Source of the DNA: Octopus vulgaris
Taxonomy: Eukaryota
DNA: 64,000 nt
Reading direction: 5' to 3'
NCBI GenBank assembly: GCA_951406725.2
Contig: OX597829.1
Coordinates: forward strand, 56,668,001-56,732,000
How positions within the stretch are numbered: position 1 is the first letter of the stretch; the number at the start of each line of letters is the position of its first letter. A program made the position numbers and the translations under genes. The notes under the pieces are model-generated. The model had not been told where the DNA came from. It did not search any database and saw only the letters and a program-made list of their open reading frames with translations. Positions 35,601 to 50,600 of the stretch are shown one piece after another.

Positions 35601-38600
35601 ACATCTCTACTCTTAATCGCATTTCTGCTTCATGCACTATCCTTACCTCCCACTCCCCAATCCTGTCTTCTTGACCCTATGCCACTGTATTATTGTTCTC
35701 CACTAACCCCTGACCTGTGTGTTCCACCCACACACCCTGTCTCACTGTATCATTGCTATCTGCTAGCCTCCTGACCTGTGTGTTCCACCCACATGTAACA
35801 AGAAAACTTTTCACTCACCCTACCCCAACAAACCAATCTACATCTATGCCTAGCTCTCACTCCCCAATCCTGTCCTCACAGCCCTGTTCCTCTGTATCAT
35901 TGCTATTCAGTAGCACCCTACCCACTGACTCTGTGTGTGTCCAGGTTTTCGCCCCCACCCTGCACTCTTTAATCACACTTATGTCGCAGTATCCTACCAC
36001 TTATGTTATAGGGTTTCAAACCTCAATGGTATGCCCTGGCACTTGCTACCATCTATATTTCTCTCTTCCTGTACTCAACCATCCCATTTATATTCTGATC
36101 CCCATCTCTTGTGAATATTCCTGGCATTTTGCCACCATCTCTATCCTGCTGTCTCCCTCTCCTTCTCCTACACTTCCCTCAGGTTGGATAACAATGTATC
36201 TCCTTTATGGTAGTGCACTTGTTTCTGTCTTCATTCCTGATCTCTCCCTCTCTCCGGCTGGATAACCTTGTACTTCCTCTACAGCAAGAAACCTGTTTCT
36301 GCCTCACTATAACCTTTCATCATCTAACACAAGATCATCTCCTCCAATTCCCCCTCCTCTCACGAAAATTTTTTTGTCTTGCAAGTACTTGGTGACCCTG
36401 TCAGTGCAGGTGCCACTTAAAAACACCCACTCCACACTGTAAAGTGGTTGACGTTTGGAAGGGCCTTGTCTGTGCTTGTGCCACGTAAAAAGCACTAAGT
36501 CCACTCTGCTGAGTGATTGGTGTTAGGAAGGGCATCCAGCTGCAAAAATCACAGAAGTCTGGTGTGGCCAGCTCTTGTGAAACTGTCCCACCCATTCTAA
36601 CATGGAAGGTGGACATTAAACAAGGATGGTGATGACTTTAGTGAGAGGTAAAGTATAAATTAAGAGAAAGCATGTCAACAAGTTAGTTTGTGCAGAAGTT
36701 GAATAATGCAAACCATTAATTTGAAAAGGCACAATTTATTATTTTAAGTTAAACTGAAAGGATAGAAAGAAGACAATCATCCAGGCATTGAACATTTTAT
36801 TTTATGGTATCATTCTGCTTTGAAACTGATATCTTTGGGCCACTGAATTTCTGGCCTCAGCTGTTACTGTGCTGAAGCTAAAGCACCCAGAGTGAAGTCG
36901 CTTGGCACAGATTGACCTTAAACTCTGCTGTTTACAGCATTGCTTGGAAGGAAGGTGTGTAGCGTGTGATCATCACATTGACCATGACAGAGAAAGTTGT
37001 CATGTTGATACTTGCTGAGAGGCCTATGCAAGGTTGCAGAAAGAGTGTGGAGAGGTGTGTATGAGCTGCACACAAGTGTACGAGTGGTTCAGACGTTTCC
37101 AAGATGGCTGGAAAATGTTGATAGTGACGAACATTTTGGGAGACCCACAGCCAGCAGAACTGAGAAAGACATCACACATGTGCATCCAGCTGTGAGGGGA
37201 AATTGACAAATCACCATCCATAAACTATCAGAGGATGTGCAGATTAGTTACGGTTCAGTTCAGTCCATTATCACTGAAGATTTGGGTAAGAGACATATGT
37301 CTGCTAAGTTTGTGCCAAAACTACTTTCAGTTGACCAAAAAGACACTTGGGTTCCAGTTGCACAAGATCTCCTTGATTGTGTCAAGAACAATGAAAACTT
37401 TGCATAGGCCTCTGAGCAGGTATCACCAAGCTTTTGGCAAAATTTGATGCAGATTCTCTACTCAACTTTCTCTCTCATGGTCAATGCAATGATCACATGC
37501 TACACACCTTCCTTCCAAGCATTGCTGTAAACAGCAAAAGTGAGCTAGAATGTTAAAATTTTGTGTGCATGCACAGCAGAGTTCAAGGTGAATCTGTGCC
37601 AAGTGGTTTCATTCTATGTGCTTTAACTTTATTACTATGGCAACAGCCTGGATACTTATTGATCAGACCACATATGTGTATATTAATTTATGAGTTCATC
37701 AACTTTAGTTCACATTTGCGATTCATTACAGATAACTAATTACAGAGTTTAGAACAATGAAGCATTTTGAAATTTTATTTTTTAAACTTAGATTGTTGGG
37801 AAAAAAAACAAATAATAATTTGTAGAGTTGGGCTTAACCTTTTAAAAATAAATATGAAATTGTAAAACAACTATAAAAAAATATTTGTAACATATTTTTT
37901 TTTTGATAAATATATTTTTTCAGAATAGAGAAAGCAAAACTTCTTGAGGCTACAAATGTTCCCTGGAATATTACACCATCTTCCTTCAACCATTCACCAA
38001 TCAAGAATTCAAATGTTGAACAAGGCGAGATGATTGAAGCTAACTTGTCTCTTGTTACTAATCACCAAAAACTCGACACTCTTAGCAAAATCTATTCTGA
38101 GTGTCTTTATGGTAATTTTTCACTTTTCTGGAATGTCATTTTGACTCCTTTGTAAATGATAATCAGTGTAGACTTAAAGATTTGCAATGATGTATTCATT
38201 GGTTCATGCCTACATTAAAGTTTTTTGACACAGATTTATAGAGTTGATATTAAGTGTGAACATGTGCAGAAGAATGTGGGCTGGAAAGGAATTTCAGAGG
38301 GATAATATTCTGGGAGGAAGTGAGTGACCATAATGATGTGTGTGCAGAGCATTAGGAGGTGGGACAGTATGGGTTTTAAAAGGAGGAGAGACAGGTGTAT
38401 TGAATGGGTTTGAGTGCAGGTGATATGAAACTCCTTAAGAACAGGGATTTTGTAACAATAAACTAGTGAGAAGAGTTAAAGGCATAGGCTAGTGATTGAG
38501 GGTATTGGTGAGTGTGTCTTTGCTAATCAGTTTGAAGATTTCTGTTGGACATGGGCTGAGATGTTTGTCTAAGGTGCCTAGTTGGCAGAGTTAAACATCT

Positions 38601-41600
38601 GGTGGTATACCTTGTATTAAAAAGTTAATAAAGTAGTGGTCAAGTGCTGAGGTCAAATACTTCTTTCTGAAGAAAAAGAAATCAGCAGGATGGGTTTTGC
38701 TCTGTTCAAAGTATCTATATCATACCATTTGTCCTGTTGGTGTTTGTATGACTTTAGGCAAAGTAGCTAAGCTCCTTTCGAGTGCTGGGCCTCATGGAAG
38801 CAATGACTGAAATCTTTGGCATTGTGTTGTGCTTGAGAAGAAAACCCGTCAAACTCTGCAAAATCGCAGTCATGGAAGATACCGGTATCACACAAATTGG
38901 CACCCATGCTGGTGGCACGTAAAAGCACCCATTACACTCTCAGAGTGTATTAGGGCATTAGGAAGGGCATCCAGCCATAGAAGACCATGCCAAATTAGAC
39001 TGGAGTTTGGTGCAGCCTTCCAGTGTGCCAGCCCAGTCAAACCATCCAACCCATGCCAGCATGGACAACAGATGTTAAATGATGATGATGATGATATGTT
39101 TCTATGACTTCAAGAATTGAGGGTTCAAGAAAAGAATATGTTTGTGTGCAAAGCAGTAGCATTGTCATAGATAAGCTTTTAGAAAATCAGTTTGGGGTTT
39201 AGATGCTAGTGGAGCAAAATTGCTTCTTGAGAAATGCTAGACATTTTGGATTGTTAGGTTGGAGATATGTAAAGGAAAAAAATTTGCTTATGTTCAGATG
39301 AAAAGTATTGTGAATTGTAAAATGGTATAATTATGTGAATCTCATTACTATTTTAAGTGGTCTGTAGTATGGTTTCATTATTTATTATCTTGGACTAAGG
39401 TGGCGAGCTGGGAGAATTGTTACCATATTTGCAGCATTTCTTCTGGCTTAAACCCTCTCATTACCATATTTCTGTTGAAATACACTGCCTTTCTTTCAAT
39501 TCATTCTGAGAACAATAAAAAATTTCCTCAACATGAGTAACATTGTTAAGCTTTGGTTTGGAACGTAAACTGAAATTTTGATGTAAGATTTTAATTTAGA
39601 TCACTTCAAAATGTGAAGTTTGTATCATAGAACCAAGGTCAGTTTCAGGCAGGCTGGTATCTAAAGGGTTAACCCCTTTTGGGGTTAAGAAAATAGATAC
39701 CAGTTAAGCAGTGAGGGTGAATGTAATCAACTTCCCCATCCCCTCAAAATTGCTGGCCTTGTGCCAAAACTTTGTGATTTGTGTTATTGTGTCACTCTTT
39801 ATATTTTTATCAACATTCATGTGCATCAGGAAAAATGTTGTTTCCTACTCTTTCTAAATCTCTCTTTCTCTTCTTAAATTAAGTTCTAAACTACAGTCAA
39901 ATTTATGATTCTGACATGTTTATATTTTTTCAAATTTCAGCTGCACTTTTTCCCAGTTTGACTGTAGAGATATTTTTCCTTGTGCAGTTGTTAGTAGCAA
40001 AAATTTCAGAAAAGGCTGTTACAGATTCTACACCAAATAGTAAATATTTTTGTTTTTCTTCATTTATTATTCAATTATTGAGATTTAGAAAGAAAGTAGC
40101 AAAAGAGAAAAGATTATCTATTTGTATTTTTTTGTTATATTACTTCAAAAGTAGTAATGATAGTGTAAATGTTTTACTATATGTAGCATGCTGCTTTGTA
40201 GTTTTGACTTTAAAACCTGTGAGAATTTTCTTCAATTTTTATTCCTTTGAATATCAATAAAAATTGGCTGAAAATGATAGAAAACAGATGATAATTTATC
40301 TATGTGGTATCATCAGTGTTATCTCTCAGTGGGTGATTGACTCTCACAAAAACTATTTAATTTGAGAACTATTTAAGATCTTTAACAGAGTTCATTCTGT
40401 TGCAAACATTTACATGAGATTAATGACCTGACAGTAGCATAGTATATTGATGTGTTACTTTTGACTTCATATTCCTTTTTTGTTGTGCTGCATTTAGTGG
40501 TTGACGAGGAGATAAGGAACCTGTAAGGTGAGAATTTCCCCGAACCACCACTACTCTGTAATAACCCTAAAGGTCAGTTGCTGCAAAGGAATCTCCTAAG
40601 AGCTGATATTGAAAAGGTTGTCCAGTTGATAGGGCAGCCTCCCTGCTGTTCTCCATAGGTTCAGACTGCCGTTGTATCTTAATGGTCACCTTTGTTTGAA
40701 GATGCAGTTGGAAGAGATTTTCTAATGGAGGCCCATATCAGAACTGGGGCCTAAACTTAATGGTAGTTATAAGATAGATGTTTGTCATCATCATCGTTCA
40801 TCATTTCCCACTATCACTGCCTGCAGCTGAATCTGCACTAAGATGAGATAGTTGCCTCCATCATATGAATCTATGGTGTTGGACATACCTCATATTTGTT
40901 TCATCAGCCATACTCTTCTGTTTTGGCTTTGGACATGTTGGAAGAGGGTATCAATTTTGGAGTTTTCCTTCTCCGAGATTGATTGCTTTTACCACAGCAA
41001 AGGAGCTCAATCTACCTTTACAAGAATGTATTCCACTCAAAGATGGGACCCTGATAGGTACTGCCATTCTGGATCAGAATGGCTCTTGTGGACGGGGGTT
41101 AACTCCATCCTCCCCACAACTCCAGAATGCCCAAACTGGACCCTCACCACTGGATGCAGTTTAATGTATATCATAATTTATAGTGAATTATATATAAAAA
41201 ATAAATGTTAAAACAGCAATTAATTGACATATTAAATTATTTTCTTTTATAACAGAACCATATTTAAATGGTTTAGTGGTTACTTGTAAAATTTTGACTG
41301 TTAATTCTGCATATATATATAATCAAACTTCAGATTTAATCAATTTCAAAAAAAAAGCTTGCTTCAATGAGACCTGCTTCTTTCCCCTTTATTTCTTTGA
41401 ACTATTCCTGATGATTCTAATTTCTTTTGATAAAGATTGCTCGGGTCACAACTATTTGAAAAATATCCACAACATTGTGTACTTCAGTGTGCAAGTATTG
41501 CAGAATTTGTTACCGTAAGTTAATTGTTTCATACTTCTCTTTTCCACCTTATTTTCTGCGTCATGTACTGTATGTATTTATTATCATCATCACTATCATT

Positions 41601-44600
41601 TAACATCCATTTTCCATGCTGGCATGGGTTGGACAGTTTGACATGGAGCTGTCCAAACTCCAGTTGTCTGTTGTGTCATGGGTTCTATGACTGGATGCTC
41701 TTCCCAACACCAGAGTGCGCTGGGTGTTTTTTTATGTGCCACTGACACGGAGTGCGTGTACATAGCACCGGCATGACTGCATTTTATGTGACACTAACAC
41801 CTGCAAAAGACAAGCCTGTATGAATGGATGACAGCAATTTTACTGAGGTTGATGTGTCTTCTCAAATACAGGTAACCGCTACATCTCCTCGTCCCTTTTC
41901 TCACCACTTCGTCACATGTCTTCCTGCGTCTACCCCTTCCACATTTTCCCTCCATAATTAGAGATTGGCACTTCTTTACACAACTGTCCCCATCCACACA
42001 CATCACATGACCAAACCAGCAGTCTTCTCTTTGCCCACCACATCTGATGCCTCTTAAACCATTTACACTCAGTTGTGTGTGTGTGTGCACACTGACATTA
42101 CCCATCCAGTGGAGCTTGCTAGATTCATTTCTTTCAATCCTTCACAAGTCCTCTGTAGTCAAAGCTCATGTGTCACTGCCATGTAGCATAGCTGTATGTA
42201 AACAGGCATCACACAATCTGTCTTTCAATCTGAGAGAGAGGCCCTTAGTTACCAACAAAGATAGAAGCTCTCTGAACTTTGCCCAGCCTGTTCTTATTCT
42301 AACAACTACGCTTTCAGAACTCCTTTCCCCACTGCTAACTTGGTCTCCTAGGTAACAGAAGCTATCTACTACTTCTAATCATCCTTGCCGAGCATTTGAG
42401 AGTGTCTATTGCCTGCACATTTTTTGGTGCTTATTGTACCTGTACATTTGCCACACATGAAGACCATATACTTCGTTATCACTACACCTCTTATGCATCC
42501 AAAGTTTGCACCTACCACTGATTTTGTTACCATCATCACATTCTCAATTCCCCATTATTGTCCTTGTCTCTTCCACTCCCCAGTCAGTTGTTAACCAATA
42601 AACTACTATAAAGTCTCCTTTCATTTTTGTGTCACTTAGGCTACAGTCTGTCTACTGCTTAATCATTAATCAAAGTAAATAAGCATTGGTTTAGAACAAG
42701 CAACTTTGTTTTCTCTTCTTGTGTTTAGTTTCAGTTCTAAGATGGATATTACAATCAAAGAAAACTATTAATCTTTGATACCAACCTGCTTCAGACATGT
42801 GCAATCTTACGACTCAAAACTCCTAATTTTAGATTATTATGTTTACATTGAGACTCATCATAATTTTCTGGACAAACTTTTTTTTATCTTTCAAATTCTT
42901 GATTATTTACAAGTTGTTGGAAGTTATAGGCAACACCAGGCATAGTGGTTAATGCAAATATTCATACTTTGCAGATACAATAATATGAGGGGGTGAAATA
43001 AGGTGGTGAAGAGTACCTGAGTGGAGGACACAAGACTAACCATCTCTGAGAAGGAAAGATCACTGTAGTATCAGTAGGGAAAACAAAGAGAGGAGGGACA
43101 ACATATTTGTAGGGCAGGGGTCGATGAGCAATTTCATACCATTTAATTAGGTCATCTTGCAATGCACATTGGATGTCTACATGTGTAATATCAGCGCTGT
43201 CTTTGCATAGAGTTTTGGTAGTTGTTGGAGGAAAAAGCATTTTCTGGCTCTGAAGAGGAAATCCAGGCTTTGCAAAACAGCTTTTTTCACTAAGTTCATT
43301 TGTATGAAGAGATTCTCAGCGATGTTGGGTAGGCCCAGCTTGATGTTCATATTTAGGTGTGGTTGGGTGCAATATAGTTTTCTTGAAATATGTAATTGTT
43401 GTATCTTTGTTCTTTTAAATGAAACAGGTCTGCTATGATCTCATTGAAGGATTTTTTTTAGGTTTTGTTCATAAAATTAATGCAGATAGATACCTTTGTC
43501 TCTAGATCTGCAATCCCTTTCAGCTCTTTCTTGGTTATATTTTCCTTTCAAATGGTAACCTGTAGCAGTTCAAGCAGAATATCAACTCTATTGGCTCACT
43601 AATTTATGGAGTCTTGTAAAGAGATTCTTCAAAAAAACTTTTAAATTTTTGTTTTTCTTTTAAAAAAAAAGTATTAAAAAACCCCTGAAATTATTGTAAT
43701 TTTCTCATCTTTTTAGGTTGCTGCCATTATTAGGGAAAACTATTTTAAGATTACTCTGTGACAATCCTAGAATTGGACATTTTTCATTATCATTGAAGAG
43801 TATTTTATGTCAACTTCATGAGACTGATTGTTCTTCATTACAGGTATATACTGTTTGTTTCTTTATTAAAAACAAATAATTTTTTTGTAATTCAATCCAA
43901 ATGACATTCATAAAAAATTAGTCTGTTAATTTTATTATCAATAGACTTGCAGATAGGAATTACTCGATGAGATTAGGGTTGTTTGAATTGTTGAAGATGA
44001 ATAATTGTAATAGAAAATATTGGTAATTCCTGATGGTTGTAGTGAAACATTTAGGGTAAGTGTTAAGATGTGTTCAGTATATAGTACGATGGATGAGACA
44101 ATAAATGAGTGACAAAAAGGAAAAAAACTGAGTGATAGTTGTTAATTTTAGTAGAGAGGCCTTTGCAGTAGCATTAGAAGCAATTCTGTGAGTAACTCTG
44201 AGCTTGTAGTTGTGTATTATGTTGGTGAGTAAAGGATTGGTTTATAAGTTTGCTTTTTTATGAGTGTGATCCACTTTGTGTTTAGAATAGTCCTGGGAAG
44301 AAACATCTGTAAGAAATAATTTAAAAGTATTTTATATTTTATATTCATGTTATTTGAATGTAACACATTTCTTCCAGAAACCCTGGACAACCTTCTCATA
44401 TATTCTGTTTACTGTATCTATTTTATAAAACAGTTTTAATTTTCTGAATCATTCTCTATTAACTGTTTCCATTTTTCTTACAGATGTCTCCTGTTTTATT
44501 GCATTGTTCTATTGGAGGAGTCCCATTCCAGGCAGAAACAGACAATCGTAATAATTTTCCTTCACCCAAAGCTTTTTCAACTTTTAGAGCACAACGGTAT

Positions 44601-47600
44601 GTATACATAAATATTAGAATTGCATAGTGTGTGTGTGTGTGTGTGTGTGTGAGGGGGGGGGGCATGTCTTTGAATTTGGAATGTTTTTGTTAAAGTATGT
44701 TTTGAATACATTCTATGAATTGTTTTAATAATTTTTCAAGGGATCATTTTTATGAGCTTATACGTGAATGGAAAGACAATCATGAGAAACCACAGTGGTC
44801 ACTAACTTCCATGCTGAATAAAAAGATGCACTTGGTTCTGTCACCTGATTCAGAATTAGCAAATTATTGGCACCTTGCCAAATTATTTGTTTCACAGCTT
44901 ATCATTGTAAGTAGTAGCTTCATTTGGTGTTTTAGAACACTTCTTTTGTTAAATGCAAACAATTGGCAAACAAAATTCATGAAAACTGTTTTATTTTAAG
45001 AAAGATATAATTTTGTTATTGTTTTAAAATGTAATTCAGATAATAGCCTTATATTTTGCCTAAATGCCTGAGAACATTAAACATTTTGATTTCAAGTTTC
45101 ACTTTTGTCAAATGTACTGTTCATCTTTCTCCAAAGTTGTTAAAAAAAGTGCAAGACATACAATAGAGTCATTCAACTTGCCTTTGAACAAAAATATGTA
45201 GCCACCAGCACAAGAAATCATTATTTCAAAAAATGATTCCATTTGCTTAGGAACAAAATATTTTTATAAGATGAACTATGGTCAATTAAGTTACCCTGAT
45301 ACATATATTTGCATAGTTTCATTAATTCATTTAGAGTTGATTCTGATAAATATAAACTTAGATCAGTGTATCACCAAATACTGAATACCATTAAGCATTT
45401 AAGTTTAACTTTCTATTGACTGTATCATCTCAACCGTCCATATTTTAACCCTTTTGATACCAACCCAACTGAGACCTTCCCTCCTGGTTCTATGATAGAA
45501 ACTTCCTGTTTAAAGTCATCTCAGTTAAAACCTTCCTTCAAAATTTTGTGTTAATTTATGTTCCAAATACCAGTTTAATAATGACAAAGTTATTTTACTA
45601 AATTCCACATTATTTTCAAAATCAAGTGTATTTCAACAGAAACCTGGTATCAAAAGGGTAAAAATTGATTTTCCTTCTCATGGCATGGGTAGGTCATGGG
45701 ATGGGGAGGTCATGGCATGGGTAGGTCATGGGATGGAGAGGTCAGCTTCAACACAGTGTCTCTTTATCTTTCACTTTTGTTTTTCATGTCCTTTGTAAAG
45801 CTCTTTGCCTTCAGAACAGTATTTACTATTTCTGCCTACCTCTTTCTCTCCAGCTCCTCTTCCTGCATTGTTTAACACCTTTTCAACCTCATCACTCCTC
45901 ATATATAATCACCATAATACAGTGAACACCTGATGCCTAGTTTTCTACTCAGTTGTTCCTGCACATTGACACTACATATCAAACATAGAATGCTGGCTTC
46001 ATTTCTTTCCAGCTTTTACATATTCTCTACATTCGTTGCACATAGCTCAACCACACCACATTGTACATTATACTCAAGTATCATCAAGTCTGCCCTTTTC
46101 TTTGAAATGAAAGCCTTTCATTGTTCTTATTGTTGTATGACTCCCAAGTCAGGCTCTGATTAAGCTCATCTTTGATCAAAGGTATTCCTACCATGGCCAT
46201 CATATCTTTATGTCAGAATTGTGTATTTGACAGATAGTAAGGTGGGATTCGAAGAAGACTTGGCTGCTATTTTCTAGCAGGTTGAGTAACCATACAGGCA
46301 GCTTTGTTGGCTAGATTGAAGCTTAAACTAGATTTTGTGGGCCAAATTGAAGTAGAGACTAAATTTCATAAGATAGAGAGGAATGACCAATGCCAGTGCC
46401 ACCTGACTGGCTCCCGTGCTGGGGGCATGTAAAAAGCACTCACTATACTCTCGAAGTGTTTGGCGTTAGGAAGGGCATCCAGCTGTAAAAACCTTGCCAG
46501 GTCAGACTGGAGCCTGGTGCAGCCATCTGGTTCGCCAGTCCTCAGTCATGGAAAGCAGACGTTAAACGCTGATGATGATGATGATGTATTCATGATACAA
46601 GCCAAAGTAAATGGAAAAAGAGGTTGATAAACGTAATTATAGATCAATAAAAACAACAATGAAAAGAAAACAATCTGAGGTATTAGAAAAGTTTGTATGC
46701 AGGCACGTATGGGGGAAAAACCCCAATCCACACAGGTTTGTGGAGGTAGAAACTGTCTCAATGAATGCATACAGTTCTTGAGCAGACCAAAGCTTGATTA
46801 AAAGTTTGCACTGTTTCAGCTGCAAGATCTTTCAATATTGTTCATATCATTAGAATCCAAGTGGACAAACATGAATATAAATTTGAGAAAAAAAAAAAAT
46901 GAAAGAAAGGTTTCTCCTCTCAGCATGAGAAAATAAAGAGGGAAATAGGTAATATCTTTTAGCATGTAGAATTATAAGCTTCTTTTCCATTAATTAAGAT
47001 AATTAAAGATTCCCTAAGATGCGCCAACTCGATTTACCGGAACCGGTATTAATTATGGCTTTCATCAGGCTCTGAAGACATGCTAGCAATACATATTTTA
47101 CAGAATATTTAAAATTAAAAACTATATTTTTAAATGTAAATTTGAGACTAACCATTACTATGGATAGTATGTTTGACAACTCTGATATAGAAGCTGTTTT
47201 TATGTTCAAATAAGCTAGATCAGGCCTCTCCCACCTACCCTAAATATCTTTCTAAATATAAACAATAACATCATTGAAATTTAGAAGCTAGAAGATAATG
47301 CATAATCAATTCAAATAAGCCTTACATTTGGTATAGTGATCTCAACTCTAAAGGATTAAAAGACTCATTTATTTGGCTAGCATCATGTATTTTTGTTTTT
47401 AAGACTATCAGATTTTATGTTTATCATTGACTTGAATATTACCATGAAAGTAGTTTTTTTTTTTAAAACAAAACTCATACATTTAAATTTGTTTTGACCT
47501 TCTTTAGATGTACCATGAAGACAATAACATGTCCCTTGAAGGTGATGAAGATTCAATTTCATTTTTGTCACAGCTCAGAAAATCAAATCCGGAAAAATTC

Positions 47601-50600
47601 AAACTGTACGAATCTTTTTTGTATTGTTTCAGATATTGGCTTTAACCTTTATTTCTTTTTATCTGTCTGGGGGGGGGGGGATAAAATTACCAGTTGTCAT
47701 ATTATGCATACCATTATTCTGGTGCTTATCATCATCATCATCATCAACATCAACAGCAGCAGCATATTACATCTGCTTTCCATGTTGGTATAAATTGGAT
47801 GGTTTCAACAGGAGGACTGCATCTTGCTCCAGTGTTTAAGTTTTGGCAAGGTTTCGGTAACTAGATGCCCTTCTGAGCACCAACCATTTTACAGACTGTT
47901 CTGGGTGCATTCTTTTCAAAGCACCAGCACTGAAGAGTCATACCTTTTCCTGCCTATTTTCCTTCTGGTTGCTATATTTTCAGAGCATCCTCCCCCACTG
48001 CTAATCAGGTCACCTATGTAACAAAAGCTATCAGCTATTTCTAGCGGTCCTCTCCAGCAATATATTTACAAATTGCATTTGTGAACTTCTTGATATGTGC
48101 AGTGTGAAATATCTGTATTTAATTATATGTATATAAATACTTGGATGTATGTGCTGATGGCATGTAAAAAAAGCACCATTTGAGCGTGGTCAATGCCAGT
48201 GCCACCTGACTGAACCCCGTGCTGGTGGCAGCTTAAAGATCACTGTTTTAACACCGTTGTCAAGATCCAGATGGAATCACAGAAGGTCCTTGACTCATGG
48301 AAAACGACTTCCAGGCCGGATTCCAAAAGTTGCAGGAATGCTGGGACAGGTGTGTTACTATGCAAGGTGACTATTTCAAAGGAGATGATGTATAAACTTT
48401 GGTAAATAAGTTGTTTTTTTATTAAACATAACTAGTCTGGGAACCTTTTGATTTAAATGAGTCACAAATGATATTTAGTTTCATGCTAGAATCTAAGTAA
48501 ACTCTTATGTTGTCTGAGACAACATTTGATTATATTTTCTAGAGACGAACACAAATATGACTTTTCTTTTGCTGATCTTGTATTTTTTTACCTTTGGGCT
48601 GGATAGTATGACAGTTTTCCCGTTCCGTGTTCATGGAGCCCTCATCTAATATGTTACATACTGTGACGCCTCCAGCAGCAACTTGCTGCAGTCAGCTACC
48701 AGCTCAGACTCCGCTGCTCGTCAGGCTGAGAAAAGCAAGTTGTCTAAGTATTAGTACTCTCTGACAGGTTCCTTTATTGAGCTTGTGGCAGTGGAAACCT
48801 CCAGTGTTCTTGGTCCCCACACCATACCCCTGTTCACTGCTATCAGGGTGGAGATGGCTGTCTGCAAGTGCAAGGCCCTGTGAGTCAGACTGGCTGTTCC
48901 AGTCCATCTCCCTCACCATCCTCCTGAGCAACACCTTTTCCATTTTGTCTGCCAGCGCCAGGCAGACAACTTATGACAACGTTTAACCAAAGATTTCATG
49001 AAACAGTTTTGTAAACATCATTATTTTATTCTGAGCCAGAGTATTTCCTAATATACTTTACTGGTTATATATTTGTAAGAAATATGTTATTTTAATCTTT
49101 ACATGAACCACCAGACTCTGTATAGTTTCTGTTTTATACCAAATTTTGTAGTTTAATCGTTTAGCATTCTGGCAAACGTAATGCTGTATTTATCCACATT
49201 GTTTTGAATTAGTCATGTATTATCTTGTAGCATTGAGATTTTAATGATGTGATTGTTTATTTTTAGAACGACATTGTAGGGTAGGTGAGAGAGGCCAGAT
49301 CTGACCAGTGTGAACATAAAACAGGCAGAACATTTGAGTCAGATTTAAGTGGTTCATCTGCTAAAGGGTTAAATAGGGTGCTAGAGATTTATAATTTTTA
49401 CTAGAAACTCTGTTATATATTATCAGGAAGCAAACAGAATTAAATGAAAAATGTCAAGAATTTTTAAAAAATGGCTGCTGCAGCTTGGAACTCAAATAAT
49501 AAACTTATTAATAAGCATGAGTTTATTATATTGTCTCTTCAATTAACTCATACATGTTATTCTAATATTGGATTGAACTAATGACAGATCCACTTTGCAG
49601 TCATTCTACCTGCTAAAAAAAAAAAACAGCTAAAATCCTTTTAAGCAAACCTCACTGCCTTGAAAAGGTAAGGCATATTGGATAATGTAATCCTAGATAT
49701 GTTAAAAAATTTGGCTGGAATGACTTCAATTATTGGTCTGGTCAATTAGAAAAGATTTTGATATTAAACAGTAATTCCATTGTGTTGAGATATTTATATA
49801 ATACTTTTTTGTCAAATGTTACTTTGCCAAAAAAAAAAGTTTTAATTTGGATTTAAAGCTTGCTTGCTACAGAATATTTTTCACTAATAATTAACTCTTT
49901 TTTTTCTTCTTTTTTATTTGTAGGCTTCAGGAAAGATTTATAATTCCACTTAGTACAAATGGGCCTAGTCCAGCCCCTGCATTCATTAATTCTCAAGAAT
50001 TTTTCCATGATTTTATAATGTTAGCAAATAGTCATATTTTTAACCAGCATCTCTGTGATATTTTGAAATCAAAAATATCTGAGGTAAGTTTCTCATTTAT
50101 TAATTACTTACAAATTTTTCCTTCTCGAATATGAAATTTGAATTTTCATTTCAGTTTTTTTTTTCTAATTAAACTTTTTGTTTTATTTGACTTCATTTAG
50201 TTGGATAAATCTCAATTTCTAACTATAGAAAATGTAACAGAAGATGGGGATGTTCCAAAAACAGTAAGTGTATAGTATTAAAAAAAATTTTTTTTTTAGC
50301 TTTTTGCTTTCTGCTTTTTTAAAAAAAATTATTAGGTTAAAGTTTCATTTCATTCATTCTGGCTTTTCAAAACAATTTCTCACAAATGAGATAAAGTTAG
50401 TTAAATCAAATTGTACTCAGAATGAATTATATAGAAATATATAGTTTAATTTGTTCTTTACTACAAAGTTTTAGAAGTTCCATGATCCTTCTCTACTGCT
50501 TCATAAATTCTTCACAGAAGTTTTTGAACTATGATTAGCTATTATTATATTATTAATCTTTTGATAATTTTTAAAGTAGTAGCAGTAGTATAAAACTTGA

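Noticed and set aside
38480-38760. Possible Penelope RT remnant on the minus strand (also 42960-43560)
   Set aside because: Only faint motif resemblance; too degraded to call without a search
47021-47070. Minus-strand CTGATGA-AAGCC...GGTAAATCGAGTTGGC hammerhead-like relic
   Set aside because: GAAA core disrupted and stems uncertain; cannot be supported without a family consensus
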